From: Alphaproteobacteria bacterium MarineAlpha2_Bin1
GTDB taxonomy: Bacteria; Pseudomonadota; Alphaproteobacteria; SHVP01
Reading direction: 5' to 3'
Assembly (NCBI GenBank): GCA_002938125.1
Contig: PTLN01000003.1
Span: 1-39,380 of the forward strand
Length of the DNA stretch: 39,380 nucleotides
In this document: positions 1 to 9,481 of the stretch, in pieces
How positions within the stretch are numbered: position 1 is the stretch's first letter
Layout of the letters: each line of letters starts with the position of its first letter
Notes under the pieces: model-generated
What the model was told of the DNA's origin: nothing
What the model saw: only the letters and a program-made list of their open reading frames with translations
The model's database searches: none
Translations under genes and position numbers: made by a program

Positions 1-159
1 ATTAGTAGGTGAAGGAACTTCTAATGTAACCTTATCTGTTTCCAATTCTACAATAGGTTCATCTATTTTAACTAGATCTCCTTTTTTTTTGATCCACTTA
101 GCAACAGTTGCTTCCACAACAGATTCTCCTAATGGCGGAACCTTAATTTCTATAGGCAT
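1..159 (-). CDS. sucB: 2-oxoglutarate dehydrogenase E2 (dihydrolipoyl succinyltransferase), 5' part; runs off the window start
   Basis: Not in the ORF track. Manual translation from ATG at 159 gives [53 protein letters not shown], a lipoyl domain with ETDKV. AAGGAG Shine-Dalgarno at 171-176; directly downstream of sucA. Confidence 0.95.
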   Translation of the reverse strand, partial: MPIEIKVPPLGESVVEATVAKWIKKKGDLVKIDEPIVELETDKVTLEVPSPTN

Positions 160-189
160 AATCTTATAATCTCCTTATATAAAAAAATA

Positions 190-3066
190 CTATTCTGCAG
201 CAGCATTTTCATGTTTTGTTATAATCTTAAGAGCATCTTCAATAATATTTTTTTGTTCCATAAGGTGCCTCTTAGCAGTACCTGTAGCTGGCGATGCTGA
301 TGGGGAACGACCATTATAAATAGGTCTTTCACTTTTCATTTTAGAAGCAATCATAGACTCTTCTATATGGTCTCTAACAAATGACCAGGCACCCATATTC
401 ATGGGCTCTTCTTGGCACCAAATAATCTCTGCATTGGGTGTTTGCAAAAATAATCTTTTTAGATTTTTTACAGGAAATGGATAGAGCTGTTCAATCCTTA
501 TAATTTTAATTTCAAATTTTTTAAGTTTTTCTCTTTCCTCATAGAGGTCATAGAATATTTTTCCAGAACATAAAATTACTCTTGTTACTTTAGCGTTAGT
601 TACTTTAGGATTAACTTCATCCAAAACTCTATGGAAGCTTGTTCCTGGGCCAAAATCTTCTATTTTTGAAATGCAGTTTTTGTGTCTTAAAAGTGATTTT
701 GGAGTCATAATAACTAGTGGTTTTCTAAAATCTCTATTTACCTGTCGACGTAAAACGTGAAAGTAGTTTGCTGGTGTAGTGCAATTAACTATTTGCATGT
801 TATCCTCGGCACATAATTGAAGATACCTCTCTAAACGAGCGGATGAGTGCTCAGGTCCTTGTCCTTCATAGCCATGAGGTAAAAGTAAAACTAAACCATT
901 CATTCTGAGCCATTTTGACTCGCCTGCGCTTATAAATTGATCTATTACAACTTGTGCACCATTTGCAAAGTCTCCAAATTGTGCTTCCCACATTACTAGT
1001 GCATTTGGTTCAGCTTGTGCAAAACCATACTCAAAACCCATGACAGAAGCTTCTGATAATGGTGAGTCAATTATCTCAAATTTAGCTTGATCTTCTTCTA
1101 AGTTTGCTAGAGGAATGTAACGAGTTTCATTCAATTGATCTATAAAGACCGCGTGTCTTTGACTAAAAGTTCCTCTAGAGCTATCTTGACCTGATAATCT
1201 AACAACAAACCCATCTTTTAGAACTGATCCAAAAGCGAGTCCCTCTGCGGTAGACCAGTCTATATTTTTACCTGATTTTATTGAATTTTCCCTATTTTTT
1301 AAAATTCTTAATAACTTTTTGTGAATACTAAAGTTTTCAGGAACCGTTGTAAGAATTTTTCCAATATTTCTAAGTTCGTTAATTTCAACAGCTGTGTCTC
1401 CGCGTCTATCTTCACCATATGCCACTTTAAGGCCAGTCCATTGCCCTTTAAGCCAGTCTGCATCATTAGGTTTGTAAGCTCTTCCAGCTTCAAATTCGTT
1501 TTCTAAATATTCATAATGCTCATCATGCATTTTTTGAGCTTGTTCATTATCAAGAATTTTCTCATTTAAAAGTTGTTCTAAATATTTTTGCTTTATAGTA
1601 GGCTGGTTTTCAATTTGTTTATACATTAAAGGTTGTGTAAATGATGGTTCATCACCTTCATTATGCCCATACCTTCTATAACAAATTATATCAAGGACGA
1701 CGTCCATCCCAAAAGTTTGTCTGAACTCCATTGCTACTCTTGCAGCATGCACAACGGCCTCTGCATCATCACCATTAACGTGAAAAATTGGTGCCATTAC
1801 CATTTTAGCCACATCCGTAGGGTATGGAGAAGATCGAGAATAAGCAGGACCAGTAGTAAATCCAATTTGGTTATTTATGATTATGTGAATGGTTCCACCT
1901 GTTCTATAACCTCTTAAGGCTGAAAAAGCAAAAGTTTCAGCAACAACACCTTGTCCTGCAAATGCTGCATCGCCGTGAAGAATAACACCTAAAACCTCTC
2001 TAATATTTTCTGATTTCATTTGAGATTGTTTAGCTCTTACTCTTCCAATTACGACAGGATCTACGATTTCTAAATGAGAAGGATTTGGAGCAAGACTCAA
2101 ATGGATATTTTTGTCATCAAAAGTAATATCTGAAGAGGAACCCATATGATATTTTACGTCACCAGATCCACCTGCACCCTCAGGATTAGCTGGGTTTCCT
2201 AAAAATTCAGATATAATAGCTTTAAAAGGTTTATTCAAAACATTATGTAGAACATTTAATCGACCTCTATGAGCCATACCCAATACCACTTCTTTGAGAC
2301 CAATTTGACCGCCTCTTTTTAGAATCTGAAGCAGTGCAGGAACTAGAGACTCTCCTCCATCTAGTCCAAAGCGCTTTGTCCCAATATATTTTTTATGAAG
2401 GTAATTTTCAAAATTCTCTGCAGCTAATAAATTTTTGTATATTGCTATTTTGCCATTTTTAGAAAATTCAGTTCTATTTTCTATTTTTTCAATTCTTTCC
2501 TGAATCCAGGCCTTTTGATCTGGATCTTGTATATGCATAAACTCTACACCAATAGTCCCACAATAGGTCTTTTTTAACGCATCCATTATTTCATAGAGGG
2601 TAGCAGTCTCTTTTCCCAAAACATTATTTATAAATATTGGACGATCATAATCTTTTTCTGTAAAGCCATATGTTGCTGGATCCAATTCTGGGTGTATTTC
2701 AGGTTTTTGAAGGTTTAGTGGATCTAGGTCTGCAAGAAGATGGCCTCTTATTCTGTAAGCCCTTATAATCATAATTGCTCTAATTGAGTCAAGAGTAGCT
2801 GATCTAACATCTCCAGCCATAAGACTCCTATTTCCAGCTATCCCTTTGGCTACAGCCTTAATTGAGTTTTCAGGGTCCTCTGCATTAATTACCTTAGAAG
2901 CAGTTTTACCCCAATTTGGAAACTCCTCGACCTCGTTAGAGAGTCTTCCCAGTCCTTCAAACCACTGTGCCCAATTAATGTCTACTGAAGATGGGTCTTT
3001 TGACCAACGAGAATGCAATTCTAAGATTATTGTCGCATTTGATCCTGATAGAAAACTATCATCCAT
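190..3066 (-). CDS. sucA: 2-oxoglutarate dehydrogenase E1 component
   Basis: 958 aa; motifs RAYRIRGH, GMAHRGRLN, SGDVKYHMG, ThDP motif HGDAAFAGQG...NNQIGFT, WEAQFGDFANGAQ, PHGYEGQGPEHSSAR. Confidence 0.98.
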   Translation of the reverse strand: MDDSFLSGSNATIILELHSRWSKDPSSVDINWAQWFEGLGRLSNEVEEFPNWGKTASKVINAEDPENSIKAVAKGIAGNRSLMAGDVRSATLDSIRAIMIIRAYRIRGHLLADLDPLNLQKPEIHPELDPATYGFTEKDYDRPIFINNVLGKETATLYEIMDALKKTYCGTIGVEFMHIQDPDQKAWIQERIEKIENRTEFSKNGKIAIYKNLLAAENFENYLHKKYIGTKRFGLDGGESLVPALLQILKRGGQIGLKEVVLGMAHRGRLNVLHNVLNKPFKAIISEFLGNPANPEGAGGSGDVKYHMGSSSDITFDDKNIHLSLAPNPSHLEIVDPVVIGRVRAKQSQMKSENIREVLGVILHGDAAFAGQGVVAETFAFSALRGYRTGGTIHIIINNQIGFTTGPAYSRSSPYPTDVAKMVMAPIFHVNGDDAEAVVHAARVAMEFRQTFGMDVVLDIICYRRYGHNEGDEPSFTQPLMYKQIENQPTIKQKYLEQLLNEKILDNEQAQKMHDEHYEYLENEFEAGRAYKPNDADWLKGQWTGLKVAYGEDRRGDTAVEINELRNIGKILTTVPENFSIHKKLLRILKNRENSIKSGKNIDWSTAEGLAFGSVLKDGFVVRLSGQDSSRGTFSQRHAVFIDQLNETRYIPLANLEEDQAKFEIIDSPLSEASVMGFEYGFAQAEPNALVMWEAQFGDFANGAQVVIDQFISAGESKWLRMNGLVLLLPHGYEGQGPEHSSARLERYLQLCAEDNMQIVNCTTPANYFHVLRRQVNRDFRKPLVIMTPKSLLRHKNCISKIEDFGPGTSFHRVLDEVNPKVTNAKVTRVILCSGKIFYDLYEEREKLKKFEIKIIRIEQLYPFPVKNLKRLFLQTPNAEIIWCQEEPMNMGAWSFVRDHIEESMIASKMKSERPIYNGRSPSASPATGTAKRHLMEQKNIIEDALKIITKHENAAAE

Positions 3067-3290
3067 TTATGTTTTTCTTTCAATGTAATATTAAGTATTT
3101 TTATACATAATTTTATGTGGGATGTACTAAATTAATTCATTAATTTTTTCTCTGAATTCAAAGCAAAAAAACAACAATTTCACTAAAATCCTTTAAACCT
3201 GGTCACAATATATATACTTATATATTATATCGCAATATATTAATTTTTTACAAATCTATGTAATATTACAACTATCTAGAGTAAAAATTA

Positions 3291-3944
3291 TTACGATTTA
3301 ATCGTTTTTACTGGTTTTTTTCTAGTTGGATAGCATGATGAGCAGATTCTACACTCGATTCCAAAGCATGATCTTGCCTTACAATACTCCCGTCCATAAT
3401 AGATTATCTGAATATGAAGTTTATTCCACAAATTCTTTGGGAACAAATTTTTCAAATCTTTTTCAGTTTGCTTAACACTCTTTCCATTAGTTAGCCCCCA
3501 TCTTTGAGCCAATCTATGGATATGAGTATCTACTGGAAAAGCAGGGTGTCCAAAACCTTGAGACATTACAACACTTGCTGTTTTATGCCCAACACCTGGT
3601 AGTTTTTCTAAATCCTCGTAACTATCAGGAATATCTCCATTGAATTTATCAACTAATATTTTTGATAAACCCTTGATTGACTTTGACTTTTGAGGCCCAA
3701 GACCACAAGGTTTAATTATATCAAAAATTTTTTGTTGAGAAATTCCTTTCATTTTAAATGGATCGTTTGCAATTTTAAATAGTTTAGGTGTCACTTCGTT
3801 AACACGAATATCTGTGCATTGAGCACTTAATAAAACAGCAATCAAAAGTTCAAAATTATTTTTATGCTTTAAAGGAACAGAAATTTTCGGATAAATTTCA
3901 TTTAACGTAGAAATAATTATATCTATTCTCTGTGTTTTTTTCAT
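3291..3944 (-). CDS. nth: Endonuclease III (HhH-GPD DNA glycosylase/AP lyase)
   Basis: LLIAVLLSAQCTD, HhH motif LPGVGHKTA, FPVDTHIHR, C-terminal Cys cluster. Confidence 0.95.
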   Translation of the reverse strand: MKKTQRIDIIISTLNEIYPKISVPLKHKNNFELLIAVLLSAQCTDIRVNEVTPKLFKIANDPFKMKGISQQKIFDIIKPCGLGPQKSKSIKGLSKILVDKFNGDIPDSYEDLEKLPGVGHKTASVVMSQGFGHPAFPVDTHIHRLAQRWGLTNGKSVKQTEKDLKNLFPKNLWNKLHIQIIYYGREYCKARSCFGIECRICSSCYPTRKKPVKTIKS

Positions 3945-3945
3945 G

Positions 3946-4320
3946 CTACATGTTTATTTTTTTAGGTGGGTAATAGAACCATATAAATACAGTCCAAAAA
4001 AAACAAATAAAATAAATTAAAATAAAATAAACAATTGAAAAATCCCAAAACAATAAATTTTGAAGCCATTTAGATATGAAGGTTCTTGTATCAGTATTGC
4101 CTCTTAATATGTTTTCAAAAATAGTAAGTGGACAAATAAAACCAATTAATGTTTCAAATAAGATTATAGTAATTAATAATAAATGTACGAACCTCAAATA
4201 AAAATTTTTGGCAAAATTCCAATTCAGCTTATAGGGTATAGGGAAAAATAAACCTAAAAATACAAAAAAAGCTATAAAAAAATGAATAATAAGGATAATG
4301 TCTGCTAAAAGGTAATTCAT
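3946..4320 (-). CDS. DUF2784-like small membrane protein
   Basis: LADIILIIHF...RFVHL...ICPLTIFENILR...FI pattern; hydrophobic. ATG at 4320 preferred over 4341; stop is 1 nt from the nth start. Confidence 0.75.
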   Translation of the reverse strand: MNYLLADIILIIHFFIAFFVFLGLFFPIPYKLNWNFAKNFYLRFVHLLLITIILFETLIGFICPLTIFENILRGNTDTRTFISKWLQNLLFWDFSIVYFILIYFICFFWTVFIWFYYPPKKINM

Positions 4321-4381
4321 TGTAAATTTTATTTTAATCATATAATTTTTATTTCATACCATATAATTACTAGGTGTAAAA

Positions 4382-5053
4382 ATGGAACTTGTTTTTATTT
4401 ATTTAGATATTCCTTTTTGGAGAGCTGAAGTTGGAAGAATTGCTTTATTTATGGGCGACGTGAACTTTAGAGATTTAAGAGTTACTAGAGAAGAATTCCT
4501 TAAAATAAAAGAAAATGGTTCACTAAATGGTAAATTTTCTATTCCATTCCATCAGCTACCTTGTTTAATCGTTAACGGTGAATCAATTGCGCAAACTGCA
4601 GGAATAGCAAGATTCTGTGGCAAACTATCCAATCTTTACCCAACTAATGATGATAAATCTGCAGGATTGGTTGATCAATTCATAGATTTTGCTACAGATA
4701 TAACTGTTTTAATTTCTCAATCCAGTAAATTTAGTGATATAGAAAAAAAACGATTGAGTAGAGTTGAATTATATAAAAATGAACTTTCTAGAAAGTTCTC
4801 AATGTTAGAAAAATGTATTAAAAAAGACAATACATGGTTAGTAAGTTCAAATATTACCATTGCTGATATTGCTATTTGGAGATTAATGGGTTGGTTATCA
4901 AGTGGAGAATTGGATGGTGTGCCCAATGATATTTTATCAAATTATCCAAAGATAAGAGATATCTGTATAAACGTTGATAATCATACTAAAATAAAAGCTT
5001 GGGTAAAAAAAACATATCCAAATGAATACAATAGAGGTAATTTCATTAAATAA
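4382..5053 (+). CDS. Glutathione S-transferase (Tyr-type, sigma-like)
   Basis: N-terminal Tyr followed by RAEVGRIAL, PFHQLPCL (cis-Pro loop), IAQTAGIARF, ITIADIA N-capping box. Confidence 0.9.
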   Translation: MELVFIYLDIPFWRAEVGRIALFMGDVNFRDLRVTREEFLKIKENGSLNGKFSIPFHQLPCLIVNGESIAQTAGIARFCGKLSNLYPTNDDKSAGLVDQFIDFATDITVLISQSSKFSDIEKKRLSRVELYKNELSRKFSMLEKCIKKDNTWLVSSNITIADIAIWRLMGWLSSGELDGVPNDILSNYPKIRDICINVDNHTKIKAWVKKTYPNEYNRGNFIK

Positions 5054-5099
5054 AAAATTTATAAAGTAAATGAACTTTAACATAAATTAGGGAAATCCT

Positions 5100-5873
5100 T
5101 TGCCTAGACATCGCGGAATATATAACCCAAAAAATTCTTCACCATACGAATTAAGTAGAACTAGAGTTGAAAACTTTATTAGATGTCCTGCATGTTTTTA
5201 CTTACAACAAGTAAAAGGAGTAGTATTTCCAACTTTACCAGGTTTTAATCTGAACGAAGCAACAGACATTCTATTGAAAAGAGATTTTGATAAATATAGA
5301 TCCCTTGGCAAGGCCCATCCATTTCTTGTTAAACTTGGAAAAGACTTTCTTATTCCTTATTACCATGAAAATTTCAACCTCTGGACTCAAAGTATTCACT
5401 TTGCATCAGATGGAAGAATGAATTTTCATCATGAACCAACTAATCTTAAGGTTGGGGGAGGTCTAGATGATGTATGGTTAAATCAAAAAACAAATGAATT
5501 ACATATTGTTGATTATAAAAGTACATCACAAAGAACTGCAGGAAAAAAAATATCTTTAAATGATTTTTGGAAAAAGTCATATAAACGGCAAATGGATTTT
5601 TATGTTTGGATCATGCTTAAAAAAAAACTTAATGTAAGTAAAACAGGTTTTTTTTTATATTGTGATGGAGATCGATTTGGAAATTATACCTTCTTAAATT
5701 CAGATTCAGCAACTATGAATTTTAAGATGACGCTTCTTTCTTATAGTGTTGATCTTTCATGGGTAGAAGATACTCTCTATAAAATAAAAGATTGTTTAGA
5801 GTTAAAATCACCCCCCAATCACAATAATAATTGCGAATATGGAAAATTTATCACCCAAATAATTGAAATTTAA
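5100..5873 (+). CDS. PD-(D/E)XK nuclease, RecB/AddB/Cas4-like
   Basis: LSRTRVENFIRCPACFY, GGLDDVW, IVDYKST, RQMDFY (QxxxY), C-terminal CEY; TTG start after AGGGA. Confidence 0.8.
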   Translation: MPRHRGIYNPKNSSPYELSRTRVENFIRCPACFYLQQVKGVVFPTLPGFNLNEATDILLKRDFDKYRSLGKAHPFLVKLGKDFLIPYYHENFNLWTQSIHFASDGRMNFHHEPTNLKVGGGLDDVWLNQKTNELHIVDYKSTSQRTAGKKISLNDFWKKSYKRQMDFYVWIMLKKKLNVSKTGFFLYCDGDRFGNYTFLNSDSATMNFKMTLLSYSVDLSWVEDTLYKIKDCLELKSPPNHNNNCEYGKFITQIIEI

Positions 5874-5966
5874 TATTTTTTTAGATAATTAAGAATTGTG
5901 TTTTCTTTTTGCAATATTTTTTTATAATAAACATTTATATATATATTAATATTTTATTTATAATGC

Positions 5967-6419
5967 GTGATAATGGAAGCAATTTTACAGCCGCTTAAGA
6001 TTAATTGGAAATGTAAACATACCTGGCCAAGGGCCATGTATAATACTCTTTGGTGTCTAATTGGATGTTCTATTGGAGATCTAGGAACGATATATTATTT
6101 CCAAGTTAATAATATTGACTGGCCTGTAATGCTAATAATGGGTCTGGCAATAATTAATGGTTTAATTACCTCTATAATATTAGAAACAATTATTTTATTA
6201 AGACAGATGACGCTAAGTATAGCATTCAAAACTGCAATAGGTATGTCACTAATTTCTATGATATCGATGGAAGTTGCAATGAATCTTGTTGATTGGTTAA
6301 TCACAGGAGGAGCAATGCTTTACTGGTGGATTATTCCTCCAATGCTGATCGCCGGTTATGTAACTCCGTTACCATATAATTATTGGAGGTTAAAAGTTTT
6401 AGGAAAAGCTTGTCACTAG
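5967..6419 (+). CDS. DUF4396-like membrane protein
   Basis: TLWCLIGCSIGD, SMISMEVAMN, PLPYNYWRLK...ACH pattern; four hydrophobic segments. Confidence 0.75.
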   Translation: MIMEAILQPLKINWKCKHTWPRAMYNTLWCLIGCSIGDLGTIYYFQVNNIDWPVMLIMGLAIINGLITSIILETIILLRQMTLSIAFKTAIGMSLISMISMEVAMNLVDWLITGGAMLYWWIIPPMLIAGYVTPLPYNYWRLKVLGKACH

Positions 6420-6502
6420 AAGTTATCATAGTGATTATTTTTCTATTTAAGATTTGATTTCACTTTTGTATTTTTTACGTATAATTAAGCAAGGATGTTT
6501 AA

Positions 6503-7699
6503 ATGAAATCTCATTCTACAAATTCATCAAGGAAGAATTTTATTTCTGATGCAAGGTGGCGTGATTTTGGGAAACATTTTTTAAGACCAGAAAATAATCA
6601 TGACGAATCAGCTTCTCAAGATTTTTATTTAGAGATGTATCGTTTTCTTGGCAAAGAGTTAGGCCCTGCAAGAAAGAAAATTTATGAATTAAAGATAAAG
6701 AAAGAATTTATAAATAAATATGGTTACAGTCCTAAAAACCGCCATCAGGTAAGGAAAGCTGTAAAAAATAATCCTTTTTTTCAGTTTTGGGGTCATATGA
6801 GATCCAATATAAATCAGGAAATGTTCTATAAGAATCAATTGATTGTCGATAGACAAATTGAAAACTTAAATGGTAAAGCTAGAGTTAACCAAAAAAGTAT
6901 GGGTACACTTAATTTAAACCCTGATTTAAAAGTTCCAAAATATCAAAGCTTTGATATGCATTGGATGCCGGGGAGCTATTATACTGAGAAATTTGAAAAA
7001 GGTGATATTTCTGCTGGGGCTCTTTATGACTCAGGCGGGATTTTTTTAATGACTAATGGATCGCTAGGTCCATTTAATGACGGAGCAGCATATTCCTTGA
7101 TCAATTACTTAAAATCATATCTTCCTAAGTTTAAACCTAATAATATATTAGATTTAGGCTGTACTGTAGGGCATAATACACAACCGTTTAAAGAGTTTTG
7201 GCCTGATGCAAAAGTTACAGGTATAGATATAGGTGCGCCTGTTTTAAGATATGCTCATGCTAGATCTACAAAAATGGGTTACTCTATTGATTATTCTCAA
7301 CAAAATGCTGAAAAAACAGATTTTAGAAACTCATATTTTGATTTAGTTGTTTCTACAATGTTTTTACATGAAACATCCAAAAAAGCTATAAATAATATTT
7401 TTAAAGAGTCTTACAGAGTCTTAAGGCCTGGTGGTTTGATGATTCATGTAGAGCAGCCTCCTTTTAGATATTTTGATGATCCATACGAGCAATTTATAAG
7501 AGATTGGGATACTCACAATAATAATGAGCCTTTTTGGGGGCCGATGCATGATCTAGATTTACATAAGATGGCCTGTAACTCAGGTTTTAAACATAAGGAT
7601 ATTTTTGAAAAGATGATACCTTTAGTTAAGCCTAAACTTGATGATAAATTTTCTCTTGGAATAGGGGAGTGGTTTATTTTTGCGGGATGGAAAAAATAA
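6503..7699 (+). CDS. Class I SAM-dependent methyltransferase with about 200-aa N-terminal extension
   Basis: Motif I ILDLGCTVG, post-I TGIDIG, FDLVVSTMFLHE, YRVLRPGG; AAGGA SD upstream. Confidence 0.85.
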   Translation: MKSHSTNSSRKNFISDARWRDFGKHFLRPENNHDESASQDFYLEMYRFLGKELGPARKKIYELKIKKEFINKYGYSPKNRHQVRKAVKNNPFFQFWGHMRSNINQEMFYKNQLIVDRQIENLNGKARVNQKSMGTLNLNPDLKVPKYQSFDMHWMPGSYYTEKFEKGDISAGALYDSGGIFLMTNGSLGPFNDGAAYSLINYLKSYLPKFKPNNILDLGCTVGHNTQPFKEFWPDAKVTGIDIGAPVLRYAHARSTKMGYSIDYSQQNAEKTDFRNSYFDLVVSTMFLHETSKKAINNIFKESYRVLRPGGLMIHVEQPPFRYFDDPYEQFIRDWDTHNNNEPFWGPMHDLDLHKMACNSGFKHKDIFEKMIPLVKPKLDDKFSLGIGEWFIFAGWKK

Positions 7700-7720
7700 A
7701 AAAATTTAGATTAATTATTT

Positions 7721-9385
7721 TTATTGCATAGATATATCCTTATCTAAAAATTTATTAATATAACTCACCAGGTTTTTTTGACTTTTGGGCATTTCAATTT
7801 TGTTAGAATTTTCAAAAATTTTTGAGATATTATTTCTATTTTTATCAAATTTATTTATTTTATTCTGTAAAAGTAGTGTTTTTGCATAAATTTTTTTATT
7901 AATAGTATCTTGATTATATGAAAAACATGCTTTTGCATAATATTGATATGTTTTTGATGCAGTCATTATTTGAATAAAGTCATGCTGAATTGCTTTAGGA
8001 TCTTTATAAGTAGTTAAGTCTTTAATATTAGCTTCTCCTGTTCTGAACCATGGCCAAAATAATTCAGAGTCTCTCAAATAATTCCACGCTACAATTAACT
8101 GAGTTCCATTTTTATTTGGTTTTATATTAGGAAAGAAATTATTTGAAAAATCTTTCTTCTGTTTTGAATTAAGAAGAATTGGATTTATAAGTATAACTGC
8201 ATCAAACATTAATGGATATAAAGTTAAGGCATTTATTGCTAACGAGATGCTTGCATCAAAAGAAATTATTGAAACCTTTTTTAATTTTAATTTATTTAAA
8301 ATTAAAATCAAATTTTTCGAATAAGAAGAAATTTTATTTTTATAAGTTATAATATCAGAAAAACCATTACCAGGTATATCAAATGAAATAACTTTTCTAT
8401 TAATAGATAACTCTTTTTGAAGCTTAATAGTGCTAAGACTATTTTTGCCAATTCCGTGGAGAATTATAACGGGTTTATTATCATCTTTCCCATATATTCT
8501 AATTAGCTGTTGCGAGTTATTTATGTCTATAAAAGAGGCTGAGGGTGGTTGATTTATTTTTATATTATTGCTATTTAATTTTATTTTTTTACAATTTTTA
8601 GTAATATTTTTTATTAGTTGATGTTTATTACTAACCTTTATTAATTTTATATTTGGATTAAAAAAACTTATTCTATTTACATGTTTTTCCAAAACATCAT
8701 CAGATCGTGAATAAAGAAGAGTAGATATTTTAACTTTTTTAAATGCTAAATGTGTATTATGAGAAAAAGCAGCTTTGTAACCCTTAATATAATTTTCCTC
8801 TGCTCTAAGTTTTGAAATGACAATATTATGTAAGAAATTCGGGTGAGGTAATTTTCTTCTTATTCTATTTTTTTTATTAAACCAAGGGTAGAATATTGTT
8901 TGATCTCTTGTATGGTGCCACGCTCTAATAAGGTGATCTCCGTTAATTCTTGAAATAAATTTAGGTGCATACTTTTTTAAAAGCGTTTTTTTTTCTGCAG
9001 TATTGTAAAACGAAATACCATCAATAATTAAACATTTAATTATGTTAGAGTTTATTGCAACTTCAAGAGCAATGTGTGCTCCTGTATGAGTTCCATAAAG
9101 AATACATTTATTTAAATTTAATTTTTTTAAAGTATCTATTGTGGCATTTGCAAAATCTTTAGCTGTGGGGTTATTTTTTTTTAAAGGTTCTGATAAACCA
9201 TAACCAGGCGTATCCAGAGCAATCATTTGAAAATCTTTTGCAAGTCCATGCAATGGTTCTAATACAAAGCTTCCATCTTGTGGGCTTGCATGTAATAAAA
9301 CTAATGGTCTACCCTTACCAGATATCCAGTAATGAACAATACGCCCATTAATATTGATAAACCTTCTAAATATCTCTTCTTTCAT
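7721..9385 (-). CDS. Tandem (two-domain) alpha/beta-hydrolase-fold protein
   Basis: Domain 1: LVLLHASP, ALDTPGYGLS, YGTHTGA. Domain 2: VIILHG, SFDIPGNGFS. Internal repeat AW..RD...F.PWF. Confidence 0.8.
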   Translation of the reverse strand: MKEEIFRRFININGRIVHYWISGKGRPLVLLHASPQDGSFVLEPLHGLAKDFQMIALDTPGYGLSEPLKKNNPTAKDFANATIDTLKKLNLNKCILYGTHTGAHIALEVAINSNIIKCLIIDGISFYNTAEKKTLLKKYAPKFISRINGDHLIRAWHHTRDQTIFYPWFNKKNRIRRKLPHPNFLHNIVISKLRAEENYIKGYKAAFSHNTHLAFKKVKISTLLYSRSDDVLEKHVNRISFFNPNIKLIKVSNKHQLIKNITKNCKKIKLNSNNIKINQPPSASFIDINNSQQLIRIYGKDDNKPVIILHGIGKNSLSTIKLQKELSINRKVISFDIPGNGFSDIITYKNKISSYSKNLILILNKLKLKKVSIISFDASISLAINALTLYPLMFDAVILINPILLNSKQKKDFSNNFFPNIKPNKNGTQLIVAWNYLRDSELFWPWFRTGEANIKDLTTYKDPKAIQHDFIQIMTASKTYQYYAKACFSYNQDTINKKIYAKTLLLQNKINKFDKNRNNISKIFENSNKIEMPKSQKNLVSYINKFLDKDISMQ

Positions 9386-9481
9386 GAATTAAGTATTAAA
9401 TATTTAAATTAATAAAAAAAGAAATTTATTTTTAAATTTTATTAAACTATAATTTAAATCTAAAAAATGGGAGAAAATTTG

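Noticed and set aside
1308-3088. Short ORFs 1308-1493, 1321-1506, 1663-1917 and 2846-3088
   Set aside because: They are antisense or alternate-frame shadows of sucA with no motif or SD.
5054-5966. CRISPR-Cas locus around the Cas4-like nuclease
   Set aside because: No repeat-spacer array and no other cas genes; the flanking spacers are under 100 nt.
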